A program made the translations under genes and the position numbers. Shown piece by piece: positions 39,857 through 48,656 of a DNA stretch of 64,000 nt. The DNA comes from Polyangiaceae bacterium (GTDB lineage: Bacteria; Myxococcota_A; Polyangia; Polyangiales; Polyangiaceae), in contig JAPSGB010000001.1 in the NCBI GenBank assembly GCA_035063585.1, positions 1 through 64,000 on the forward strand, written 5' to 3'. Numbering within the stretch: position 1 is the first letter of the stretch; every line of letters starts with the position of its first letter. The notes beneath the pieces are model-generated. The model ran no database searches and had not been told where the DNA came from. It was given only the letters and a program-made list of their open reading frames with translations.

Positions 39857-40714
39857 ATGAGCTTCATATCCGCCCTTCGCGTCGTCCTCATCTCGTGCTC
39901 GACGGCCGTCCTCGCTGGGGCGTGCGGCGGTTCAGGGGAGCGTGAGGGCTCAGACTTCATCAACGCCTACGCGAGGGCGTGGTGCGAGCGAACGACTCCG
40001 TGCTGCGACGCGCAAGGCGTGACGAACGACGTCGCACGGTGCGCGCGGACGATGTCCGAGCTCTTGAGCTTCGCCACGGGCGCCTACCACGCCGACAAGG
40101 CGACCGAGTGCCTGGAAGGCATGAAGACCTGGGACTGCAGGACGGCCGCGCCGTCAGTGTGCGGTTCCGTCTTCAAGGCCGCTGACCCTCGACCGCTTGG
40201 GGGGCCCTGCAAGATGTCGACGGACTGTGTCGACTCCGACGAAGGGCGGGTTACCTGTGCGTTCGGAGCGGATGACTCGACCGGGACGTGTAAGGTGAAG
40301 GCGCGCCCCGCGGCCGGCCAGCCCTGCGGCGCCGGTGCCACGACCGAGACGCACATGTACGACTGCACCGCGGACCCGGGGCTCTACTGCGACTATGCGA
40401 CGGACGCGTGCAAGCCATACGCGACGCTCGGAGAGCCCTGCGATACGACGGAGTGCAACCAAGACTCCTTCTGCGACGACACGACGCTCCGCTGCGAGGC
40501 GCTCACACCCGTCGGCGGCGACTGCGTGGACAGCTCTCGGTGCATCGATGGGGGCCGGTGCGACGACGCGACCGGGAAGTGCGTGGCCCGGCGCGCAGTC
40601 GGAGACCCCTGCGAGGAGCCCGACGACTGCGCGAGCGACGCTTGCGACACCATCAACCACGTGTGCGTATCGCTCACCGGCCCGGGCGCCGGCTCGTGCC
40701 TGAGCGCGCCGTAG
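39857..40714 (+). CDS. Cys-rich lipoprotein
   Basis: Lipobox AGAC; repeated G..C....C.....C......C modules. Confidence 0.75.
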   Translation: MSFISALRVVLISCSTAVLAGACGGSGEREGSDFINAYARAWCERTTPCCDAQGVTNDVARCARTMSELLSFATGAYHADKATECLEGMKTWDCRTAAPSVCGSVFKAADPRPLGGPCKMSTDCVDSDEGRVTCAFGADDSTGTCKVKARPAAGQPCGAGATTETHMYDCTADPGLYCDYATDACKPYATLGEPCDTTECNQDSFCDDTTLRCEALTPVGGDCVDSSRCIDGGRCDDATGKCVARRAVGDPCEEPDDCASDACDTINHVCVSLTGPGAGSCLSAP

Positions 40715-40907
40715 GTCGTCGCGCCCGACGCCGAGGGGCTTTCAGGGGGCCGCGCGCGGGCTCCGCCGATACCGCGCCGGGCCGGTAAAACCACGAGGCT
40801 CACCCCTCCGGGCGCTTGGCGTTCGATCAAGTTCGGTGCGCGGCTTCCGGTGACGGTCGGGCGTCCCTATGCTCCGGGTCGACACGGTGACCCGGAGAGG
40901 GAGCTCG

Positions 40908-43046
40908 ATGACCCGTCCTCAGCCCAACGCCTCGGCGCCGCGCGCGCTCGCGCCCGTGCGGCGTCTCTCGCTCAGCGCGACGAGCGCAGAAGATTTTCGT
41001 CGTCGTCTCGGCGAGTACTTCGTGAGCACGTTCGACACTTACGAGTCGCTCTTTCGCGCGCTCGCCTGCGAGGCCGCCTGGTACGAGCGCCCGATCACGC
41101 TCCGCCAGCCGCTCATCTTCTACTACGGGCACACCGCGACCTTCTTCGTCAACAAGCTGCTCCTCGCGCGGCTCATGACGGAGAGGATCGATCCGCACCT
41201 CGAGTCGATCTTCGCGGTAGGCGTCGACGAGATGAGCTGGGACGACCTCGACGACGCCAACTACGACTGGCCGACCGTCGAGCGGGTGCAGGCGTATCGC
41301 GATCGAGTGCGCGAGGTGGTGACCGGGATCATCGATCGCGCGCCGCTCACGCTGCCGGTCGCCTGGGAGCACCCGTGGTGGGCGATCGTGATGGGCGTAG
41401 AGCATGAGCGCATTCACATAGAGACCTCTTCCGTCCTCATCCGACAGCAGAAGCTCGAATACGTTCGCCATCAGCCGGAATGGCCGGACTGGGCGGGCGC
41501 CGGGCCCGCGCCGGCGAACGCGCTCGTCGCGGTGCCGGCAGGCGAGGTGCGGCTCGGTAAGGAGCGGGGCTCGGAGCGCTACGGGTGGGACAACGAATAC
41601 GGCGCGCACGAGGCGAGCGTGCCTGCGTTCGAGGCGAGTCGGCTGCTCGTGAGCAACGGCGAGTTTCTCGAGTTCGTGAAGGCCGGCGGCTACGAGAAGG
41701 ACGGCTACTGGGACGACGAGGGGCGGCGCTGGCGCGAGTTCGCTCGGGCCCGGCACCCGACGTTCTGGGTGGCCGACGGCGAGGCGTATCGGCTGCGGCT
41801 CATGACCCGCGAGGTGCCGATGCCGTGGAACTTCCCTGTGGAAACCAACTGCCTCGAGGCGCGAGCGTTCTGTCGCTGGAAGGCCGAGACACTCGGTCAG
41901 CCGGTGCGGCTACCGACGGAGGACGAGTGGCATCGGGTACTCGCCGCGAGCGGGTGGAAGCTCGACGACGCGGTCCCGGCGAACGCCAACCTCTACCTCG
42001 AGCACGCGGCCTCGCCGTGCCCGGTGGACCGCTTCGAGCACGGGCCCTTCTGCGACGCGGTCGGCAACGTGTGGCAGTGGACAGAGACGCCGATTTATCC
42101 CTTCGACGGGTTCCAAACGCACCCTTACTACGACGATTTCACCACGCCGACCTTCGACGACCGGCACAACCTCATGAAGGGCGGCTCCTTCGTGGCGACC
42201 GGCAACGAAGCGGAGCCCGAGTCGCGCTACGCGTTCCGGCGACACTTCTTCCAGCACGCCGGCTTCCGCTACGTGGTCGCCGAACCGCCCGTCGCGCCGC
42301 CGACCTCGCGCTACGAGACCGACGAGCTCATCTCGCAGTATGACGAGTTTCACTACGGCGCGCGCTACTTCGACGTCGACAACTTTCCTCGCGCGCTCGC
42401 CGCGCTCGCGATCGAGGCGGCGGGCGACGGCCCGCGCGGGCGCGCGATGGACCTCGGCTGCGCGGTCGGGAGGGCCACCTTCGAGCTCGCGCGGCACTTC
42501 GAGAAGGTCATCGGTGTCGATTTCTCGGCGCGTTTCATCGACGAAGGGGTGGCGCTCGCACGCGGCGAGAGCCTCCGCTACACGCTCACCGAAGAGGGTG
42601 AGCTCGTCGAGTATCGCACCGTCCGTCTCGCCGAGCTCGGGCTCGAGGAGACGGCCGCGCGAGTCGAATTCTGGCAGGGTGACGCCTGCAACCTGAAGCC
42701 CCAGTTCGCAGGCTACGATCTCATCCTCGCCGCCAACTTGATCGATCGCCTGTACGATCCGGCGCTCTTTCTCTCCACCATCCACGAGCGGCTGCACCTC
42801 GGCGGGCACCTCGTCATCGCTTCGCCTTACACCTGGCTCACCGAGCACACGCCGCGGGACCGGTGGCTCGGCGGGTTCAAGCGCGACGGCGAGTCTCACC
42901 GCACTCTCGACGCGCTCCACGAGAAGCTCGCGCCTCACTTCGATGCGGTGGGCTCGCCGCGCGAGGTGCCCTTCGTGATCCGGGAGACGCGGCGAAAATT
43001 CCAGCACACGCTGTCCGAGGTAACGGTCTGGCGGCGCGTGCGTTGA
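40908..43046 (+). CDS. ovoA: 5-histidylcysteine sulfoxide synthase / methyltransferase (ovothiol synthase)
   Basis: PLIFYYGHTATFFVNKL, FAVGVDEMSWDD, EHERIHIETSSVLIRQ, FGE-sulfatase-like domain, FRRHFFQHAGFRY, C-terminal MTase DLGCAVGR, ANLIDRL, RETRRKFQH. Confidence 0.93.
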   Translation: MTRPQPNASAPRALAPVRRLSLSATSAEDFRRRLGEYFVSTFDTYESLFRALACEAAWYERPITLRQPLIFYYGHTATFFVNKLLLARLMTERIDPHLESIFAVGVDEMSWDDLDDANYDWPTVERVQAYRDRVREVVTGIIDRAPLTLPVAWEHPWWAIVMGVEHERIHIETSSVLIRQQKLEYVRHQPEWPDWAGAGPAPANALVAVPAGEVRLGKERGSERYGWDNEYGAHEASVPAFEASRLLVSNGEFLEFVKAGGYEKDGYWDDEGRRWREFARARHPTFWVADGEAYRLRLMTREVPMPWNFPVETNCLEARAFCRWKAETLGQPVRLPTEDEWHRVLAASGWKLDDAVPANANLYLEHAASPCPVDRFEHGPFCDAVGNVWQWTETPIYPFDGFQTHPYYDDFTTPTFDDRHNLMKGGSFVATGNEAEPESRYAFRRHFFQHAGFRYVVAEPPVAPPTSRYETDELISQYDEFHYGARYFDVDNFPRALAALAIEAAGDGPRGRAMDLGCAVGRATFELARHFEKVIGVDFSARFIDEGVALARGESLRYTLTEEGELVEYRTVRLAELGLEETAARVEFWQGDACNLKPQFAGYDLILAANLIDRLYDPALFLSTIHERLHLGGHLVIASPYTWLTEHTPRDRWLGGFKRDGESHRTLDALHEKLAPHFDAVGSPREVPFVIRETRRKFQHTLSEVTVWRRVR

Positions 43047-43060
43047 TTGGGAGGTCTGCG

Positions 43061-44140
43061 ATGAACCAGACGTCATTCGAAGATCGGGCCGCGGGCGCGC
43101 TCATGGGCGCGCTCATCGGCGACGCGCTCGCGGTGGGCCCGCACTGGTACTATGATCTCGACGCGCTCCGCGCGGCCTACGGCCCGTGGATCACGGACTA
43201 CACCGCCCCGAAACCCGGGCGGTACCACGAGGGGCTCGCGCCGGGTCAGTCGTCGCAGGCCGGGTACCTGCTCGAGCTCACCATGCGCTCGCTCGCGGAG
43301 CGGGGCGGGTACGACGAAGCGGATTTCTGCACGCGACTCGATCGTGAGTTCTTCCCGCTCATCGACGGCACCCCGCTGAGCGGGCCGGGCGGGTACACGA
43401 GTCAGTCGATGCGCGAGGCGTACCGGCTCCGCGTGAAAGAAGGGCTTCCGTGGGGGAAGGTCGGCGGGTACGCCGACGACACCGAGGCCGCCGAGCGGGT
43501 GCTCGCCATCGCAGTGCGCTACGCGCGGGCTCCGGGCGACCTCGCGAAATTCGTGAGCGCCAACACCGCGCTCACGCAAATCGACGTCACCGTCGGCGCG
43601 ATGACGACCGCATACTCGGCCGCGCTCGGCCTGATCGTCACAGGAGAGCCGTTCGACGCAGCGCTCAGCGGCAAGCTGATGACGCTCGTACGCGACGGCG
43701 TGCTCCCTTTCCACTCGGTCACCGCGGAGGGCGAGGATCGCGTGCCGCCCGGCCCCGAGCATCCGCGCCACGCCGGGCAATATCCCTCGCCGGACGCGCT
43801 CCTCGGGATGGGATATATTGCCGGGGCGGCGCGGGACCAGGGGGTGCGCATCGAGCCCGCGTGGAAGGTCTCCCAGGTGTACGGGATGCCATGCGCCGTC
43901 TATCACCAGTTCCCGGCGGCGTACTATCTCGCCTCGCACTTCGCAGACGATTTCGAGTCCGCCGTGCTCCACGCGGTGAACGGCGGCGGTCAGAACCAGG
44001 CGCGCGCCATCCTCACCGGCGCGCTGGTCGGCGGGCAGGTGGGTGTGACAGGGATCCCCGAGCGGTTCCTCACCGGGCTCGAGCGCTCAGACGAGCGGCT
44101 CGCGCTGGCGCAGCGCATTTCCTCGCAGGCGGCGGGCTGA
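43061..44140 (+). CDS. ADP-ribosylglycohydrolase-fold protein (SelJ/J1-crystallin-like branch)
   Basis: GALMGALIGDALAVGPHWYYD, FESAVLHAVNGGGQNQARAILTGALVG, GIPERF. Confidence 0.8.
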   Translation: MNQTSFEDRAAGALMGALIGDALAVGPHWYYDLDALRAAYGPWITDYTAPKPGRYHEGLAPGQSSQAGYLLELTMRSLAERGGYDEADFCTRLDREFFPLIDGTPLSGPGGYTSQSMREAYRLRVKEGLPWGKVGGYADDTEAAERVLAIAVRYARAPGDLAKFVSANTALTQIDVTVGAMTTAYSAALGLIVTGEPFDAALSGKLMTLVRDGVLPFHSVTAEGEDRVPPGPEHPRHAGQYPSPDALLGMGYIAGAARDQGVRIEPAWKVSQVYGMPCAVYHQFPAAYYLASHFADDFESAVLHAVNGGGQNQARAILTGALVGGQVGVTGIPERFLTGLERSDERLALAQRISSQAAG

Positions 44141-44249
44141 CGTTCGGCGGAGGCGGCCCCATAGTCGGAGCGGTTCATGATCCTGCGCGACGCGCCGAGC
44201 GAGCGGGTCGGGCGACGCGAGACGAGACGAGACGAGAAAGGGGCTCGAG

Positions 44250-44945
44250 ATGGCCACGAGTTACGACGTCAAACTCCTCGATAAGCGTGAAATTGCCGAA
44301 GGAACGCTGGAGTTTACCCTGGAGAAGCCCAAGGGCTTCGAGTATCGGGCCGGGCAATATGGGGATCTCGTGATCCCCGCGCTCGGCGGAGACGGCGATG
44401 ATTTCGAGAAGCACGGCTTCTCGTTCGCGAGCGCGCCATACGAGCCCACGCTGCGGATGGCGACGCGGATGCGCGACACGCCGTTCAAGCGCGCGGCGCG
44501 CGAGGTGCCCGTTGGCAAGACGGTGGAGTTGCTCGCGCTCTGGGGCGACTTCACCCTCCACAAGAACCCGGCCGTGCCGGCCGTCTTCGTGATCGGCGGT
44601 ATCGGCATCACGCCGGTGCGGAGCATCATCGCCGAGGCGACTCATCAGAAGCTCGCGCACCAGCTCACCCTCATTTACGCGAACCGCACCCGCGCGCTCG
44701 CCGCCTACACCGAGGATCTCGAGGGCTACGCGAAGGCGAACCCAAACTTCACCTTCGTGCCCATCTACACCTCGACCGCCGGACGCGTCACCGCCAGCAC
44801 GATCCGCGAGCATGTCCGAGACACCGCCACGCCGAAGTACTATCTCTCCGGCCCAGAAGGCATGGTCAAGGCGATGCGCTCGCTGCTCATCGAGGTGGGG
44901 GCGGACGAGGACAACGTCAGGACGGAGGAGTTTGACGGGTATTGA
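44250..44945 (+). CDS. FNR-like FAD/NAD(P)H oxidoreductase
   Basis: F.YRAGQY, FSFASAP, GGIGITP, YLSGPEGMV, EEFDGY. Confidence 0.88.
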   Translation: MATSYDVKLLDKREIAEGTLEFTLEKPKGFEYRAGQYGDLVIPALGGDGDDFEKHGFSFASAPYEPTLRMATRMRDTPFKRAAREVPVGKTVELLALWGDFTLHKNPAVPAVFVIGGIGITPVRSIIAEATHQKLAHQLTLIYANRTRALAAYTEDLEGYAKANPNFTFVPIYTSTAGRVTASTIREHVRDTATPKYYLSGPEGMVKAMRSLLIEVGADEDNVRTEEFDGY

Positions 44946-45348
44946 GCGAGGGAGGCCGGCGGTGGGCGCGTCCGAAGCGTAGCTCGTCAGCCGGGGCGGC
45001 TTTCGAGAGCTCGTCGATGAGCGCGAGCACGAGCGCGAGTCCCTCGAAGGTCGCCACGCCCGGGGGTCATGACCATCGTTCGTGCCCCGCACCGGTTCGA
45101 GCGTCGCGTCGACCGGGAGCGAGAACGCACGCGGCCGTGCACGAGGTGCGCGGAGCGGAAGCGAGGCGCCCGAGTCGCTCCACCCGGCGCAGAAAGAGAT
45201 CATCCGCCCCGCTCATTCGATAGAGCCTAGCTCGGTGAATGGGGCGCCGCCGCGTTCCTTGAACGATTCGCGATTCTCCCTGGGCTTCCACGCCGCAAGT
45301 GGTGCGCTCCCGGCCGGCGACTGATATGCTGTCGGATGAGCATCCGCG

Positions 45349-46215
45349 ATGACCGCAGAGCTACTTCATTGCCCGAACTGCGGCGCGCCGCACCGGTCCG
45401 CGCAAGCTGGGGAGGCGCTCACGTGCGAGTTCTGTCACGCGCGCTTCGTGGTCTCGACGCCGCCTCGCGGCGCCCAAGTCAACGGCGGGGACGCGACGCA
45501 AGGTCGCCCCGCGGCGGGCACCGGAGGGGCGGCCATCGGACTCCTCGTGATCCTGGTGGTTGCCATCGTCGCGGCGCTGATCGCGCGGGCCGCTAGTAGT
45601 CGGAAGAGCGCGGAGCAGGCGCGAGTCGGCGCGGATGAAGCGCCAGCGCCTCCTCTGGAGGCAGAAATCGTGCGGTACACCGAAGGCACGACCTCGATCG
45701 GCGCCCGCTTCTTCCTCGTCGAGGTAAAGAACACCGGCAGCGTGGAGCTCGCGCCGACGGTGGTCGTCAGCGGCTTCGACGCGAACGGTACGCGCGTCGT
45801 CGAGACGAAGGGCTACTCGCGTCGTGGCGCGCTCCAACCGGGCGCAATCGAGACCGTGCTCGCGCGCATCAACGAGAAGCCTACCTCGGCGCTCGCTCGC
45901 GTCGAGGTGGTCGTCGCTCCGACCGCTCCCTTCATCAAGACGCGATCGGTGACGGTCGCTGAGATCACCGAGCAGCCGAGCTACGGCTCCATGCACGAGC
46001 TCGTCGGCACCGTCGTGAACCAGACCCGTGAGAACGTCCAGAACGTCCAAGTCATAGCGGTCGGGCGTGACGCCTCGGGCAAACCGGTCGCCTTCGGAGA
46101 GGCTTACGCATCGACTACGAGCCTCGCTCCCGGCGCGCGCTCCGGTTTCCGCATAAGCGGCACCTGGGAGGTCAGCCGCCCGATGAGGTGGGAGGCGAGC
46201 GCGTTCGGGAATTGA
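45349..46215 (+). CDS. Zinc-ribbon, single TM, FxLYD-like Ig-fold domains
   Basis: CPNCGA...CEFC, hydrophobic helix, two repeats EVKNTG..V.GFDANG / GTVVNQT..V.AVGRDASG. Confidence 0.7.
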   Translation: MTAELLHCPNCGAPHRSAQAGEALTCEFCHARFVVSTPPRGAQVNGGDATQGRPAAGTGGAAIGLLVILVVAIVAALIARAASSRKSAEQARVGADEAPAPPLEAEIVRYTEGTTSIGARFFLVEVKNTGSVELAPTVVVSGFDANGTRVVETKGYSRRGALQPGAIETVLARINEKPTSALARVEVVVAPTAPFIKTRSVTVAEITEQPSYGSMHELVGTVVNQTRENVQNVQVIAVGRDASGKPVAFGEAYASTTSLAPGARSGFRISGTWEVSRPMRWEASAFGN

Positions 46216-46281
46216 GGCGAGCGCCGGCGCGATGCGCCGCCGGCGGTCGCGCGCGAGCGACGCGCGCCGGCGCACCCCAGT

Positions 46282-46992
46282 TCACGATGGCGGGCTCGCG
46301 AGCTCGAAGAGCAGCAGTTCGCTCGCGTCGGTCGCCTCGATGACGACCTCGGACTCGTTCGTGACGGCCGCGCCGTCGCCCTCGGCGAGCGCGTGGTCGC
46401 CGGCCGTGACGCGGCCGCGGACGACCTGAAGCCACGCCGCGCGCCCCTCGCGGAGCGGGAAGCTCACGCGCTCGCCGGGCTCGAGCAGCGTGGAGTACAT
46501 GCTCGCGTCTTGGTGCACGGTGAGCGAGCCGTCGCGCGCGTCGCGCGAGGCGACCAGCCGCCACTCTCCACGGCGCTCGCTCGCGGGGAACGCGCGTTGC
46601 TCGTAACCGGGCTCGAGGCCGCGGCGCTCGGGCACGATCCAGATTTGGAGGAACCTTACCCGCTCGGTCTTCGAGGGGTTCAGCTCGCGGTGGAGCACGC
46701 CCGTCCCGGCGCTCATGCGCTGGACGTCGCCCGGGCGGATCACCGAGCCGTTACCCATGCTGTCGCCGTGCTCGAGAGCGCCCTCGACCACGTACGAGAT
46801 GATTTCCATGTCGCGATGCGGGTGGGTGCCGAAGCCGCGAGCGGGCTCCACGCGATCGTCGTTGAGGACGCGGAGCACCCCGAAGCCCATGTGCGCGGGA
46901 GCGTGGTAGTCGGCAAAAGAGAAGGTGTGGCGGCTGTCGAGCCAGTCGTGCTCGCTCCGGCCGCGCTCGTCAGCGGGGCGTACTCGAAACAT
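46282..46992 (-). CDS. Pirin family protein (YhhW-like)
   Basis: WLDSRHTFSFADY, LRVLNDD, GFGTHPHRDMEI, MSAGTGV.H.E, LQIWI. Confidence 0.93.
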   Translation of the reverse strand: MFRVRPADERGRSEHDWLDSRHTFSFADYHAPAHMGFGVLRVLNDDRVEPARGFGTHPHRDMEIISYVVEGALEHGDSMGNGSVIRPGDVQRMSAGTGVLHRELNPSKTERVRFLQIWIVPERRGLEPGYEQRAFPASERRGEWRLVASRDARDGSLTVHQDASMYSTLLEPGERVSFPLREGRAAWLQVVRGRVTAGDHALAEGDGAAVTNESEVVIEATDASELLLFELASPPS

Positions 46993-47064
46993 GTGAGACC
47001 TCCGTTCGAGCCCACAACCTAGGCAGCGCCAGGGTCAGCAACAATTCCATCAAGACAGAACTGT

Positions 47065-47085
47065 TTGTTGCTACTACGGGAACAA
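47065..47085. promoter_or_regulatory. LysR-type operator upstream of pirin promoter
   Basis: TTGTTGC-N7-GGAACAA dyad containing T-N11-A; minus-strand promoter TTGTTG(47044-39)-17-TAGGTT(47021-16). Confidence 0.55.
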
Positions 47086-47138
47086 TCGGGCTGACTTGGC
47101 GAGCTGTGGCGGGGTTCACCGGGCCATTCGGCTCACCC

Positions 47139-47600
47139 TCAGTGCTCGTGCCCGCTCCCGCCGTCGTGCCCGGTGCAGCGCGCGTCCTCCCAACCGACCC
47201 AGTAGGGGCCACCCGGGCCGTGCTCGCGTTTCCACACGGGGACGCGCTCCTTCAGGCGATCGATGAGCGCGCGGCAGGCGCGGAAGGCCTCGCCGCGATG
47301 CGGCGCGCTCGCCGCGCAGACGACCGCGACCTCCCCTACCCCGAGCGCGCCCACGCGGTGGAGCGCCGCGATGCGGGTGCCGGGGAGCTCGGCCTCGAGC
47401 TCGCTGGCGATCGTGAGCATCTCCTTCTCGGCCATGCTCTTATAGGCCTCGTACTCGAGGAGCGTGACCGCACGGCCGTCGTTGTGATCGCGCACGAGGC
47501 CGAGGAACGTCACGATACCGCCGGCTGCGGGGTGGCGCACGGCGGCGACCACTTCGTCGACGGAGATGGGCACCTCGCGCACTTCGAAGAGATGAGTCAT
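47139..47600 (-). CDS. moaE: Molybdopterin synthase catalytic subunit
   Basis: GGIVTFLGLVRDHN, LEYEAY, HRVGAL.VGE, SAPHR..AF, K..VPVWKRE. Confidence 0.94.
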   Translation of the reverse strand: MTHLFEVREVPISVDEVVAAVRHPAAGGIVTFLGLVRDHNDGRAVTLLEYEAYKSMAEKEMLTIASELEAELPGTRIAALHRVGALGVGEVAVVCAASAPHRGEAFRACRALIDRLKERVPVWKREHGPGGPYWVGWEDARCTGHDGGSGHEH

Positions 47601-48484
47601 CGCGTGTAGTCTCCCGAGCGACCGCCGCTCTTCTCGAGGAGCGTGGTCGGGCCGATCTCCATCGCGCGGTCGAAGGCCTTCAGCATGTCGTACACGGTGA
47701 GCGCCGCCATCGACGCGGCGACCATCGCCTCCATCTCGACGCCGGTGCGGTCGAGGGCCTCGGTGACGGCGCGGATCTCGACGCTGTTCGCGTCAGGCTC
47801 GAGGACGAGCTCGATGGCGACGCGGGTGAGCGCCACCGGATGACAGAGCGGGATGAGCTCGGAGGTGCGCTTGGCGGCTAGGATTCCGGCGATCCGCGCG
47901 GTGCCGAGCACGTCGCCCTTCGGCGCGTCGGCGCGAGAGAGCCGGCCGAACGCCTCCACGTTCATGCGCACGCGGGTCACCGCCACCGCGCGACGCAGCG
48001 TGGGCGCCTTCAGGTGCACGTCGACCATGCGGACCCCGCCGCCCGGCGCGACGTGCGTCGAGGTCGCGGTGTGCCCGACGATCTCGCGGTAGGCGTCCGC
48101 GATGCGCTCGGCGCGCCCGCGCGCGGCGACCTTGGCGAGCGCGTAGCGATCGAGCGGCGCGAGCGCCGCCCAGAGCGCCGGCGGCAGCGCGCGCTCGACG
48201 CCGAGCGCGGCCTCGACGACCGCCGGCGGCGCCGTCGACACCGGCTCGTCGAGCGGCTCGATCCGCTCGGCTGCAGGCGCAGCCGCGCGCGTGAGCTCCT
48301 CGACCCGCGCGGCGTCGACCAGATCGCCGGAGCCCGCGCGCGTCAGCTCGCGCCGCGCCTCGAGCGACAGGCTCTGCCACCCATCGAGCGAGAGCTTGAG
48401 CCCCGCGCCGTCGAGGGCGCGCCGCGCCGCGAGCGGCACGAGCTCGAGCGACTCATCGACGCCGTCGAAGCGATAGAGCTTCAC
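47597..48484 (-). CDS. moaC: Fusion of nitrate-reductase-associated (NarM-like) domain and MoaC
   Basis: C-half MVDV..K..T.R.A.A, KGDVL..ARIAGI.AAKRT.ELIPLCHP, TGVEMEA, YDMLKA, KSGGRSG; N-half SLELVPLAARRALD.AGLKLSL..W...W..L.PL.RYAL.K. Confidence 0.85.
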   Translation of the reverse strand: MKLYRFDGVDESLELVPLAARRALDGAGLKLSLDGWQSLSLEARRELTRAGSGDLVDAARVEELTRAAAPAAERIEPLDEPVSTAPPAVVEAALGVERALPPALWAALAPLDRYALAKVAARGRAERIADAYREIVGHTATSTHVAPGGGVRMVDVHLKAPTLRRAVAVTRVRMNVEAFGRLSRADAPKGDVLGTARIAGILAAKRTSELIPLCHPVALTRVAIELVLEPDANSVEIRAVTEALDRTGVEMEAMVAASMAALTVYDMLKAFDRAMEIGPTTLLEKSGGRSGDYTR

Positions 48485-48656
48485 GGGGGCAGAGCCTAGT
48501 TCACACCGGGCGGGGCCGCCACGACCGGGGCGGGGCGGTTCTTGCCGGGTCGCGGGGGCCTCGCCCCCCCGCAGCGTGCATCGCGCCGGCTCCCACCGCC
48601 GCGGGCGCGAGCTCGCATCGCGCGCCGCCTGCGCGCGATGCTACCGTGAGCGCACC

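Noticed and set aside
40908..43046. Selenium pathway (ovoselenol/selenoneine) or egtB
   Set aside because: No selD or senB neighbours; motifs and the C-terminal methyltransferase match OvoA
44218..44237. (CGAGA)n microrepeat before the FNR gene as a phase-variation tract
   Set aside because: Only about 4 units in a UTR; too short to support the claim
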